Assembly: GCA_951406725.2 (NCBI GenBank)
Contig: OX597817.1
Span: 144,956,001 to 145,020,000 of the forward strand
Length of the DNA: 64,000 nt
Reading direction: 5' to 3'
Origin: Octopus vulgaris
Taxonomy: Eukaryota
This document shows, one piece after another, positions 50,247 through 62,142 of the stretch. Numbering within the stretch: the first letter of the stretch is position 1; every line of letters begins with the position of its first letter. The position numbers were made by a program, and so were the translations under genes. Below the pieces are notes generated by a model. The model saw only the letters and a list, made by a program, of their open reading frames with translations. It was not told where the DNA came from and made no database searches.

Positions 50247-50707
50247 CACGACCATCATTCCTGTGACCAACACTATCACCAGAGCACCCCCTCAACACCA
50301 CTAACACTCACTACCAGAATCACTATCACCTCCACCACCTCTTTTACCCATCACTGTCACCAACACCAACATCCACCACTATTACCACCCCTACTACCAC
50401 GACCATCACTCCTGTGACCAACACTATCACCAGAGCACTCCTCCCAACACCACTAACACCCACTATCAGAATCACTGTCACCTCCACCACCTCTTTCACC
50501 CATCACTCCCACCAACACCCACATCCACCACTATTACCACCCCTACCACCTTGACTACCACGACCATCACTCCTGTGACCAACACTATCACCAGAGCACT
50601 CCTCCCAACACCACTAACACCCACTATCAGAATCACTGTCACCTCCACCACCTCTTTCACCCATCACTCCCACCAACACCCACATCCACCACTATTACCA
50701 CCCCTAC
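50247..50707. repeat. Three tandem ~150-160-bp ACC-rich units within a low-complexity region (49950-51200)
   Basis: Units start cacgaccatca(c/t)tcctgtgaccaacactatcaccagagcac at 50247, 50398 and 50559. Confidence 0.9.
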
Positions 50708-51219
50708 TTCTATCACTTTTTACTACCAACACTACTCACTACCGATACAACTAGCACCACCACGGAACTAGTTACTACCAACACAACCCACTACCACTGA
50801 CACCACTACTGCTGCTACCATTACACTCAGCCTTTTTATTATATTTCCTATGCAAACATTTAAAAACTTTCTTTTGTGTTATATTAACGTTTTTGAAAAA
50901 TGAAGCATTGTCCATCGACTCACATCTCCAGCTTCATCTTGTTGTTAAAATTTCCCTAACGCACTTTGCCTTCACCATCCTCTTGCATATGCACAGTGCA
51001 TCTTTGTTGTCCGGTTGTTGTTGTGCACAATTCATTAATACCATTGCAGCCAACAGCTCTATAATTATTACCACACCCACTAGCTACACCACCATCACCA
51101 TTACCACCATCACCTCCACCACCAGTATTTATATTCTACAATACAACTACCATCACTACCATTAATGTCTGACCATTGACACCTCACATACCACCACCAT
51201 CTGAATGAATGAAGCTCTG

Positions 51220-51405
51220 CATTGTTGATTGGCCTGCTTGAAATAGCAGCCAAATCTTTTTTCAGATCAAATTACTACTGACTTGGAAAAGGAAGGACAT
51301 ATTAGATAATGTAGTTTCTAAAAAGATAGGGTGGTCACATCTGGAGCACCTTTGATCAGAGTTCTAATCATCAGTGTTAATCTAGGGCTAAACAACAAGC
51401 ACAGC
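51220..51405 (+). mobile_element. Old interspersed repeat (family D), ends ggggctaaacaacaa
   Basis: cctgct(a/t)gaaatagcagccaaat...ggatggtcac...cctttgatca...gggctaaacaacaa; relatives at ~21930-22230 (-), 28010-28090, 32570-32735, 35560-35735 and 45855-45920. Confidence 0.65.
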
Positions 51406-51529
51406 CACCTCAACCACTACCATCATCATTTTCATCATTTAACAATTGTTTTCCAAGCTGGCATGGGTTGGATGGCTTGACAGGAGTTGACAGGTCAGAA
51501 GACCTCTTAGCACATTGACCCCTTAACCC

Positions 51530-52088
51530 TTTGCTTGTCCAAAGCATTTTTATAAGTATGCTTGAGAAGACCTGTTGAGTCAAGTAAAGCCAATATCGTA
51601 GCTGTGGCCAATACCCCTTGACTGGCTCCCATGCCTGTGACACATAAAAATCACCATCTGAATGTGATCGATGCTAGGTTTGCATGACTAGCTCCTGTGC
51701 CAGTGGTATGTAAAAAGCACCATTTGAACATGGCCGATACCAATACCCCCAGACTGGCTCCCATGCCAGTGACACGTAAAAAGCACCATCTGAACATGAT
51801 CGATGCCAGGTCAGCCTGACTGGCTCCCATGCCAGTGGCACATAAAAAGCACCATCCGAACATGATCGATGCCAGGCCTGTCTGACTGGCTCCTGTGCTG
51901 ATGGCAGGTAAGAAGCACCCACTACACTCTTAGAGTGGTTGGTGTTAGGAAGGGCATTCAGCTGTAGAAACATTGCCAGATCAGATTGGAGCCTGGTGCA
52001 GCTGCTGGCTCACCAGACCTCAGTCAAACCGTCCAACCCATGCCAGCATGGAAAGCAGACGTTAAATGAGGATGATGATGATGATGAT
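51530..52088 (+). mobile_element. Family B (RTE 3' UTR) with about five tandem ~60-bp units
   Basis: gaagacctgttgagtcaagt (as at 55149) then repeated gactggctcc(c/t)(a/g)tgccagtggcacgtaaaaagcaccatc, terminal domain and (GAT)n. Confidence 0.85.
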
Positions 52089-52279
52089 CCATGTTTCTTT
52101 CCAGACTTTTAGTTTGCCCTTTTTTTGTCATATGTTCTAAGTAATATAAAATTTTCCAGTCATAAGTTCCAAGTTACTTTGCTGGTTTACAAAATATTGG
52201 GAATGTGTATCTTATATGACGCATGGACTCCAAAGGGAAAATATGTCCTGTCTATCACGTGATACACAGCACAGGCAAA

Positions 52280-53055
52280 GGGTCAACTGGGTTATGTTGA
52301 TCTTGTAATGACTGGGCTACTTTTAACAACTGGGTTATTTTGACCTCTTAATAACTGGACTAATGACTCTGTAATTACCAAGTCACATTGACCTCTTAAC
52401 AAATGAGTAAATTAACCATTTAACAACTGGGTCACATTGACCTCATGGCAACAGGTTAGCATTGACTTTTTGGCAACAAGTTTATATTGAACTCTTAGCA
52501 ACAGGTTTATATTGACCTTTTCGCAATTAAACTACACTGACATTTTAACAACTGGGCTTCATTGACCTTTTAGCAATTGGGACACCTTGATATTTTAACA
52601 TCTAGCTTATATCGACCTGTTTACAAATGGGCTACATTGACCTCTTAGCCAGTGGGTTGTATTGAAACCTCCATCCCCAACAACTGGGTCACATTGACTA
52701 ATTAATATGCTCTAGATTAACCACTTAATTGGGTTATATTAATTCTTTAACAACTGGGCTACATTGACCCTTTAACCCATTAACAACTGAGCTACATTGA
52801 CCACTTAACAATTGAACTATATTAAACTTTTGACTAGGCCATATTGACTATTTAACAACTAGGCTAACAGTAACCTCATAACAATTGGGCTAATATTAAC
52901 TCCTTAACAGCCTGGCTATATCATTTTCTTTGCAGCTGGGCTATATTGGTTTCTTAATAGCTGGTCTATATTAACTCTTAAGCAAATGGGTTATGTGAAC
53001 CCCTTAATTGAAGTAAATTGGCCTCTTAAAAATTGGGTTACATTGAACTGTTAAC
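52280..53055. repeat. Ancient degenerate ~25-bp minisatellite (roughly 30 units)
   Basis: Recurrent unit approximating ttaacaactgggctacattgacctc. Confidence 0.8.
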
Positions 53056-53202
53056 TATATTTATTACATTTTGACACCTTATGGTTAATTGTTATTTATA
53101 GATAGTTTCTAGTAATATAATACAATAAGATGTCCCAGTAAGATTTCTAAAACACTCGCCCACTTTGCAATGGTGGCTGATGAATATGTTGATAGTTTTA
53201 AA

Positions 53203-53772
53203 AAGGCGGTGAGCTGGCAGAAACGTTAGCATGCCAGGCAAAATGCTTAGCAGTATTTTGTCCCCATAACTTAACGGATCAGCAAAAGAGACTGATAGAA
53301 TAAATGCTAGGCTTACAAGAAAATAAGTCATGGGGTCGATTTGCTCAACTAAAGGTGGTGCTCCAGCATGGCCACAGCTAAATGACTGAAACAAGTAAAA
53401 AGAGTATATATATAAATGTGTCTGATCATTGCCAGCATCGTCTTACCAGCACATGTGCCAGGGACTTGTGAAAAACAGCATTCAAGCATGGTCGTTGCCA
53501 GTGCCACTGGACTGGCTCCCGTGCTAATAGCACGTAAACACTTTTTGAGCGTGCCCATTGCCAGAACCGCCTTACTGGCCCTCGTGCCGGTGACACATAA
53601 AACACACCCACTACACTCTTGGAGTGGTTGGCATTAGGAAAGGCATCCAGCTGTAGAAACTCTGCCAGATCAGATTGGAGCCTGGTGCAGCCTCTGGCTC
53701 ACCAGTCCTCAGTCAAACCGTCCAACCCATGCCAGCATGGAAAGCAGACGTTAAATGATGGTGATGATGATG
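53203..53772 (+). mobile_element. Patchwork: SINE C head (53203-53260), SINE A 3' half (53258-53405), family B fragment (53415-53772)
   Basis: Consecutive matches to the three family consensuses. Confidence 0.8.
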
Positions 53773-54490
53773 TGTGTATGTGTATTTGTGTACTTTTCGT
53801 TCCCTTTTATTCTTGTGTCTTCTTCATATTATGTTTATAGTGAAAATTTGCTAGCTTATGCTAGTCTAGAGAAAGCTTATATTTATATATATATATCTGA
53901 GAAAGAGAGATACGCATATCAAAAGCAATTACTATATTGTCAGATCCTGTATTAACCCAACATAATTCCAAGCTGATACTCTTCAGTGATAATGTGTGTG
54001 TGTGTGTGTGTTTTATATGTTTGCAACATTTTTTGCTGTTGGTACTAGCCAGGTGTTATTTAAGCATCTTATCTGTGCTTTACTAGCTTAGAATAACGCC
54101 AGTGCCATTTCCTGTGCTATTGCCAGACAGTGTTGTGTAGTGACTTTGTCTATAAACAATCTTCTCTGAAGTATTGATAGAAGAGAAGACACCCAGTCGT
54201 ATGTAACCTTCGTTTTAGCTACATTCATCTTAAGAAGTTTAAAAAAAAATGAGGCTATATTAAAAATTACATTCACACTCACACGTAACAGGCGCATGCA
54301 AATGTGCAAGTTTTTCTTCTCTAAATCACATGTAATGAGCACTTTCTATGTAAATCAGCCAAAGTAAAAGAAGCAGGGCCTGTAACTTTTCTTTGGTCCT
54401 CCTTGCATCCTGTGGAATAATAGCCAAGGGCAGAGTCTGTTATTGATATTCACTTTCATATTATGTATATTCTTTTATCATCAATAATAA

Positions 54491-54752
54491 TAAACAGAAA
54501 CAATTCCTATCATAGTAGGTGCATTAGGTATGATAAAAAAAATATTCAGACAAATACATAACAAAAACATCAGGACTTACAAATATATATAAAATACAGA
54601 AAATAGTACTACTGGGCACTGCACACATCCTATTTAAAACACTTTCAATACAGTAACAATCAGTGCATCCCAGCAAAGTACAGCACATACCCAAGGCACA
54701 CAGAGCTGCGCTCAGTAGTGAAGTGAAAGCACGATATAAAAATAAAACTACT
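54491..54752 (+). mobile_element. R4/Dong-clade LINE 3' end in (AAT)n
   Basis: Same family as 38628-38962 (acagaaacaattcctatcatagtaggtgcattagg...gtgaaagcacg...aaaactactg); aataataat on both flanks. Confidence 0.85.
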
Positions 54753-54764
54753 GAATAATAATAA

Positions 54765-55680
54765 TGTCAGTGTACTTACTCGACAGAGTGTTAGTTCCTT
54801 GAGAGAAATGTTGTACCTAAGAAGCATCAGTTGTGGTGTGCAAGAGAGACGATTGCGCTGGTATGGTCATGTGGTGAGAATGGATGAAGATAGGTGTGTG
54901 AGAAAGTGCCAATCCCTAGCAGTTGAGGGAACCCGTGGAAGAGGTAGACCCAGGAAAACCTGGGACGAGGTGGTGAAGTACGACCTTCGAACGTTAGGTC
55001 TCACCATGGAAATGACTAGAGACCGAGACCTATGGAAGTATGCTGTGCGTGAGAAGACCCGGCAAGACTAGTGAAGCCATAACCCGTGGCCCCTACCTGG
55101 GACGTAGTCAGTCCACCTGTGCATACCTTCCTTCTTGTGACACTTGTGAAGACCTGTTGAGGCAAGTGAAAATCAAATCAAATCAAATCAAACCAAATCA
55201 AAATAGATGAACATCAATGGAATTTGTATCCTTGTGGTACCAGTGCCGGTGGCACATAAGAAAACCATCCGAACGTGGCCGTAGCCAGTACCGCATCGAC
55301 TGGCGTCCGTGCTGTGGGCACGTAACAAACACCATCCGATCGTGGCTGTTCGCCAGCCTCGTCTGGCACCTGTGTCGGTGGCACATAAAAAACACCATCC
55401 GAGCGTGGCCGTCTGCCAGCCTCGTCTGGCACCTGTGTCGGTGGCACAAAAAAAACACCATCCGAGCATGGCCGTCTGCCAGCTTCGTCTGGCACTTGTG
55501 TCGGTGGCACATAAAATCACCCACTACACTCTCGGAGTGGTTAGCGTTAGGAAGGGCATCCAGCTGTAGAAACACTGCCAGATCTGACTGGCCTGGTGCA
55601 GCCTTCGGGCTTGCCAGACCCCAGTTGAACCGTCCAACCCATGCTAGCATGGAAAGCGGACGTTAAACGATGATGATGAT
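54765..55680 (+). mobile_element. 5'-truncated RTE-clade LINE: ORF C-terminus and long 3' UTR with tandem repeats
   Basis: 54799-55071 VQERRLRWYGHVVRMDEDRCVRKCQSLAVEGTRGRGRPRKTWDEVVKYDL...DRDLWK is a canonical RTE end. UTR has (aaatc)n, about 4.5 units of ~62 bp, the family B domain and a (GAT)n tail. Confidence 0.9.
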
Positions 55681-55747
55681 TATTATTTGAGGCTTTGTGC
55701 TTCCAGTAGAAAAGATTATTATTCCCTCCCCACAAATTTGAGGCTTC

Positions 55748-55969
55748 TGGCAGAAACGTTATCACGCTGGGCGAAATGCTTAGCAGTATTTCGTCTGCTG
55801 TTACATTCTGAGTTTAAATTCTGCCAAGGTCAACTTTGCCTTTTATCCTTTTAGGGTCAATTAAATAAGTACCAGTTAATCACTGGGGGTCGATGTAATC
55901 AACTTAATCCCCTTGTCCGTCCTTGTTTGTCCCCTCTATGTTTAGCTCCCTGTGGGCAATAAAGAAATA

Positions 55970-56016
<47 letters not shown>

Positions 56017-56283
56017 TTATTACTACTACTACTACTATTATTATTATTATTATTATTGTTATTAAGGTGGCAAGCTGGCAGAATCAGTTGCACGCTGGAC
56101 AAAATGCTTAGTGGTATTTCGCCCATCGCTATGTTCTGAGTTCGAATTCTGCCAAGATTGACTTTGCCTTTCATCCTTTCAGGGTCGATAAATTAAGTAC
56201 CAGTTGATTACTGGGGTCGATGTAGTTGACTAGTCCCCTCCCTGAAAATTTCAGACCTTGTGTCTATAGTAGAAAGAATTATT

Positions 56284-56335
<52 letters not shown>
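55748..56335 (+). mobile_element. Two SINE family C copies separated and followed by (ATT)n
   Basis: Copies at ~55748-55970 and ~56063-56285. Confidence 0.85.
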
Positions 56336-56336
<1 letters not shown>

Positions 56337-56466
56337 GCTAAGGTCAACATTTGTCTGTTTATTAGCAAAGTCTCATATGAAATATTTTTTGTTTTAAATG
56401 GATTTGATTTATATTAGGTGACTTTTCACCAACCCCATATAATAAAGCTAATATTTACACACACAA

Positions 56467-56498
<32 letters not shown>

Positions 56499-57142
56499 TC
56501 ACATTGTAGTATTTAAAGGAAGAACTTACTACATTAGTTTTGAAACATTAATGCAACCCACTACAGTTCTAAATTAGGTCTCCTTGAGTAAATAAATAAA
56601 TAATAATAATAATAATATCAATAATAATAATAATAATGAAATTATTGTATACAGTGCTCAGGTGCACCACAACTTGTCGTAAGTGCATATAAAGTATATG
56701 CAGTAATGTATAAATGTCTGGAAAGTGAACAGTGTATGAGTCAGATACATGTTCGTATGTGTATGGAGGGGAGAAAATCAGGGGATAATTCTTGCTTTAT
56801 GGTATGATGCTTCTTTGTCACCAATCAACCCATCCTTTTTGGAACCACAAGTAATTCAATATACATACGTGTGTGTGTGTGTGTGTGTACGTGTTTATAT
56901 GTTACTGTATTGCTCACATATGTTCTTGTATCAAAATTGTTTTGTTTCTTAATTTTTTTAATGGATTTTAGTCTAAACAACTTTTCTTATCCTTTTTAGA
57001 ATATGTAAACAGTTTATCACTAAATTCTGAGAATGATTTAATTTTACCAATTCTTTGAGGAATCAGGTTTAGCATATCGTTTAGCAGCTTGTTCCATTAA
57101 TTAAATATGAAACATTGTCAGCTTTATTATGCCAAGCTATGC

Positions 57143-57480
57143 TTGACCCTTTAGCATTCAAACCAACCATATCCAGTCCTAATATTCAACCTGTTTTATG
57201 CTCAAACTGATCAAATCTGGTTTTTCATACCAACCCTACAATGCCATTTTAACCATTAGCTTGTTTATGTGCATCTCTCCCATAGCTGCAGGCACATTGT
57301 GTTGCATGGAGAGGGGAGAAAACTCACATGGCAATATGATGCATCTACATCATGCTAGAAGTTAAAGATAATCACATCATCAAAATTTTGAAACTACAAG
57401 ATAGTGCTGGATTAATTCAAAACAATGTGAATAACAAAAGCATTGGATTTGACAGTGTAATCTGAATTTGAAAAGATTAA
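57143..57480. mobile_element. piggyBac-like MITE with a nested TTAA-flanked mini-element (57249-57365)
   Basis: Homologous to 11893-12324; nested insert bounded by ttaa with gcatc/gatgc inverted ends. Confidence 0.55.
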
Positions 57481-57979
57481 ACCTTCTTTCTTCAACAACA
57501 AAAAAAAAATTTTCAAAGACATGTTCTCCATTGTACGTGGTGCTAAATCTATCTTTCCCTTCTAATCCATATCTGTTTAAATAATTCCTGAGTCTCTCAG
57601 ATTCTAATAAATTTAATTCTTGCAGAAGAATGTTTTTAGTTTTTAGCTTGTTTTTTTTTTTTTATGAAGAGGTGTAAGTTGGTTGGTTTAATCTCTTATG
57701 GACATTTTTGGTATGACGGCGTCTATAGAGTATCAGACAAAATGCTTAATGATATTGAGTTACAGTTCTGGATGTTCTGAGTTCCATTCCAACCAAAGTT
57801 TTGCCTTTCAATTTTCCAAGGACTAAAAATAAAGTACCAGTTAAGTACAGGAGATGAATTAATCATTGAAGTGACCCCTCAAAATTTCTGGCCTATCATT
57901 GGAGTGGAGAACTAGCAGAAATGGAAGCTTGCTGATCTAAGAACTAAATACTTTGCCTTATTTAGTTATTTCTCATTGT

Positions 57980-58280
57980 GAAGGCACATAGTTTAGCGGT
58001 TAGAGTATTGAGTTCAGGATCGTACAGTCATAAGATCAATTCCTGGCAGCATGCTGTGTCCTTGAGCGGGATACTTTGTTCTGTGTTTCTCCAATATACT
58101 CAAGAAGCAAAAATGAGTAGTACTTGTGTTTGAAAGGGTTAACCTTGTCACATTGAATCTCCCTGAGAACTACATTAAGGGTACATGTGTCTGTGGAGTG
58201 CTCAGCCACTTGGATGTTAATTTCACAAGCAGGTTGTTCCATTGATCGGATCAGCTGAAATCCTTGTCATCGTAACTAAT
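57980..58280 (+). mobile_element. Old tRNA-headed SINE (family F)
   Basis: A-box-like tagtttagcggttag, B-box-like agatcaattcc, then gtgtccttgagc...aaaatgagta body. Confidence 0.55.
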
Positions 58281-58720
58281 GTTATAACAGCGCAAGTCTC
58301 ATTATATTCCAAGTTCAAATATTACCAAAGTCAACTTCATCTTTTCAACCTCCTGGCAGGGTCATTAAATCAGGCCTGCTCAAGTTCTCAACTGATTAAA
58401 CCAACCAACTTACACCTCTTCACCAGAAATGTTAATTGGTGTCTGTTAAAAACCATTATTAATTTTACAATTTTTATAAGTCTGTTGGCAGAATCATTAG
58501 CAAGCTGGGCAAAATGTTTAGTGGTGTTTCATCCATCTTTATTTTCTGAGTTCAAATTCGGTCAAGGTCAGCTTTGCATATCACTCTTTTGGGAGTAGAT
58601 AAAATAAGTACCAGTCATGTACTGGGGTCACTGTAATCAACTTACCCACTCCCTTGAAATTGCTAGCCTTGTGCCAAAATTTGAAACCAGTTTTGTACAT
58701 TTCACTCTATAATTGCCCAA

Positions 58721-59007
58721 GGGCATATAGCATAGTGGTTAAGCATGCAGGCTACTAACCCCAAGATTTCAGGTTCAATCCCAGGAAGTGACTTGAATAA
58801 ATAATAATAACATCAGAACAAATACCTTAGGAATAACAGAGTACTACAATAGTCAAATAAAGGGTTGGGTTCAAAATTGCACCAGGACACTTAATGAAGG
58901 CTGGAGAGTAAATCAGCCGAAACATGGTAACAACAAACAAGGTGAGGTCACTTACCTTTCCAATGTAAATAATGTGCATAATTCCTCATCTCTAAAATAC
59001 AGAACAT
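58721..59007 (+). mobile_element. tRNA-headed element carrying a decayed hammerhead-like motif
   Basis: A box tagcatagtggtt, B box ggttcaatcc; at 58887-58930 acac-ttaatga-a-ggctg gagagtaaat cagcc-GAAAC. Confidence 0.55.
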
Positions 59008-59398
59008 TAGTTTTGTAATTTTATAAAAATGCTATCAGCTTTATCATAAGACAAGGTCATAAGATTATTATCTTGTGATTGCATTCATGGCAAACTCATT
59101 TGTTAACTCCCTCTGGGCTTCTCTTTAACTGAAATCAAGTTTCATCAGGTGAAAATAGATAGAGGTTTCTTTTGGGTTTTTTATTACCAGAATATAAAGT
59201 TATTTCAGTTGGGAGGTGTCATCTGTCTCAACCAATCATATGAAACTCGGTGATTTTGACATGTTTTCACTGACAGCACTTACAAAGCATATACTTTAAT
59301 GCATTACATTCTTAGTCAATTTTCTTTTAGAGTATTTACCAGTTACTACTACTACTGTTGTTCATAATTAGCCAAAGGTTAGCACTGATGCAGGAGAC

Positions 59399-59894
59399 CA
59401 GTGATTCTCAAATGGAGTCTGTATGACCCTTGCGGGTCCATGTAAGATTTTGTTGTTTAATTTTATGTGCAATAAACCGGTTATTCTTCTACCAATACAC
59501 AAAATACCTTAACAATATTTTATGAAATTCGTAATATTTACAGAGATGTAGTTGCTATGCAAGTGACCTGATCTGAGATCGTGTGCAGGAATGAAAACAA
59601 TTGCAGAGTGGAAGGTGTTTATAAGCCATTTAAGAAACATGCAGCACGGAATTTTGTCAGTGAACAGATCGCGGTCTCAAAGTGATGAAAATATTTTGAC
59701 AAATTAAATTTAAATGTTGAAGTGAATCTAACGGATTTTGTGTGTTTCTTAAATGGCTTATAAACACCCTCCACACTGCAGTTGTCTTATAAAAAAATAT
59801 GAGATTTTTTTAACATCAAATGGCTGTGAGAGTCCAGCCAAGTAAAAGTGGAATCCAAGGTGTCTATGGGCTAAAAAATGGTTGAGAACCACTG
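59399..59894. mobile_element. hAT (Charlie/MER5-like) MITE with nested inverted-repeat element
   Basis: TIRs cagtgattctcaa / ttgagaaccactg; 8-bp TSD caggagac / cagtagac (7/8). Internal inverted repeat ~59598-59640 / 59740-59785. Confidence 0.75.
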
Positions 59895-60486
59895 CAGTAG
59901 ACCTGTGATTAGAAGTGTTTATGATGTGACCTTTTCCTCTTTTAATTTCATAGTATTAGGAAGGACATTCAGCCTTAGAAACCATGCCACAACAGACAGG
60001 TGGACTCTGGACAGCTCCCTGTTAGCCAGCCCCATGTCAAACTGTCCAACCCATGCCAGTATGGATGACAGATATTAAATGATGATGATGATTGAACTTA
60101 AGGTATTTAGTGCATGATTGTATGGAAACCTGTGCTGTACATGATGTTGGTTGGTAGATATGAATAACCCCTTGTCTACTTTAAGACAATCCACCTGACT
60201 CACAGGTGTTTATAGTGAAGTTCATTCTATCGTAAATATCTCAAGCAGGTCTCTGATTTGTTAACTTTGGCCTTCCATCCTAAAATAAGAGCCAACTGAG
60301 CACTGGAAGTGGATGTAATCGACTTACTCTCTCCCTTAAAAGATTTGGCCTTGTGTCAAAATTTTAATCTAATAATTTAGCATCCATAATCCTTAAAATT
60401 ATTTCAGGATGTTTATCACCCCTTCGCTAATGACACACCCCTCCCTAGAGGTCAGTATTGACAACTCTGCTGAGCTGATCTCTGAA

Positions 60487-60524
<38 letters not shown>

Positions 60525-61219
60525 CTCGTTATATCATTTTGTTGTCCCTTTTTGTATCACCTAGTTGTCCAGATATTTTGCGTTCTTGTCCCATTTTGTA
60601 TTTTATTTATATATATATATATATACATACATACAGCAGTGTATGTACACTTTGTTCTCTTATATGTAAGTACACACATATATATATATACACACACACT
60701 GTAGACTACTTTTGTTCATTATTGCAACTATTTAATTAGGACCGCATAAAGACATTTCCAAATTAAATACTCATAAATATTACTAAATTCGCATTTTGTC
60801 AGTTGTTTTTTTCTGAAGCTGTGTTGTTATGTAAGTACTTCCCTGGAGGAAGATTACAAATCCAAACATTCCAACAAGTTATGTGGCTGCAGAGAAATAA
60901 AAATGCTCTCTTGGGTATGAACAAAAAATATAACAGACTTTGTAGTTAAGACTACAAGAATAAACAAAGAAACACCCAAATTCTTTAAGCGTTTCCTTAC
61001 CGTTTGTAAATGCTAAGTTCAACTTAGTTGACAGAGGAAGGGTTCAATTTCATGTCAGTTTAATATGGGTGACAATTACAAGTTTTACATAAAAGTTAAT
61101 AAATAAACCAAAATGATGCACCAAATAATTTCCTTCTCCATTCTCTTCAAGATTTCCTCCTTTGGTGTTTTTGCCATATTCTTTCTTCACTGTCACTATT
61201 GTCATTTCTATTTTTGTTT

Positions 61220-61225
61220 TCATCA

Positions 61226-61271
<46 letters not shown>

Positions 61272-61440
61272 GTTATCATTATTATTATTATTATTGTTAT
61301 CATTATTATTATTATTATTATTATCATTATCATCATCATTATTATTATTATTATCATTATTATTATTATCATTATCATCATCATTATCATTATTATTATT
61401 ATCATTATTATTATTATTATCATCATCATCATCATTATTA
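61220..61440. repeat. (ATT)n/(ATC)n microsatellite
   Basis: Direct inspection; source of the poly-I/L/Y ORFs. Confidence 0.95.
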
Positions 61441-62047
61441 TAGACGTCACACAGTATACAATATCATGAGGTTGTTGATTGAAGATATTGTGTCTACTGG
61501 GGGTTTGCACTGTTTGTCAAGTCACAACAAGAACCTCAGACAGTCTTTTATGCAATATGCATGCAGTTCCCAGCAATGCTGACTTTTGCAATACACCTAG
61601 ATTGTAGAGTATTTCAAAAGTTTTCAGATTGGGTGGTATTGAACCCATATTTATCAACCATTTCTCTTTCTTTCATGATGATATGTTGATCTCCTGGCAC
61701 TTCCACGTCAATTATTAGGCACTCTTGTTTGTCTCTGCTAAAGATTACTATATCCAGCCTTCAACGCTCTAATACATTGTCTGTCTGGAAGTCAAAGTCC
61801 CAGAGGATTTTTGCTTTCCCCTTTTCTTCTTTTACCTATTCTGGTGTATGTTGGTACCAAGCATCTGCAACCTCATATCCATACTTACGGCGTAGTAGCC
61901 AGTGGCGGTCCTGCGCTACCTTGTCGTGTCTGTGCTTGTATTCTTTCTGCGCAACACTTTCACAAGCTCTAAACAATGACTCTCTTCCCACACATTCTGC
62001 AGATGTCCATTGCATTCGTGTGGTATATATTCTTTTTCACTGAGTTG

Positions 62048-62049
<2 letters not shown>
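61441..62049 (-). mobile_element. R4/Dong-clade LINE fragment (second family): CCHC knuckle and restriction-like endonuclease, disrupted
   Basis: Minus strand: CRMCGK...C...AQKEYKHRHDKVA...WYQHTPE...KILWDFDFQTD...DIVIF...CLIIDV.VPGD...LQKSALLGTA, with stops and frameshifts; long (TAA)n on both sides. Confidence 0.85.
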
Positions 62050-62132
<83 letters not shown>

Positions 62133-62142
62133 CATCATCATT

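Noticed and set aside
49824-50754. Mucin-like Thr-rich ORFs
   Set aside because: Frame is not maintained across repeats and there are no splice signals; explained by (ACC)n-derived low complexity.
52280-53055. CRISPR-like array
   Set aside because: Units are contiguous and degenerate with no unique spacers; eukaryotic context with no cas genes.
58721-58790. Functional tRNA gene (also at 10720 and the SINE A/C heads)
   Set aside because: Acceptor and anticodon stems do not pair properly and the heads run into repeat bodies; these are SINE heads.
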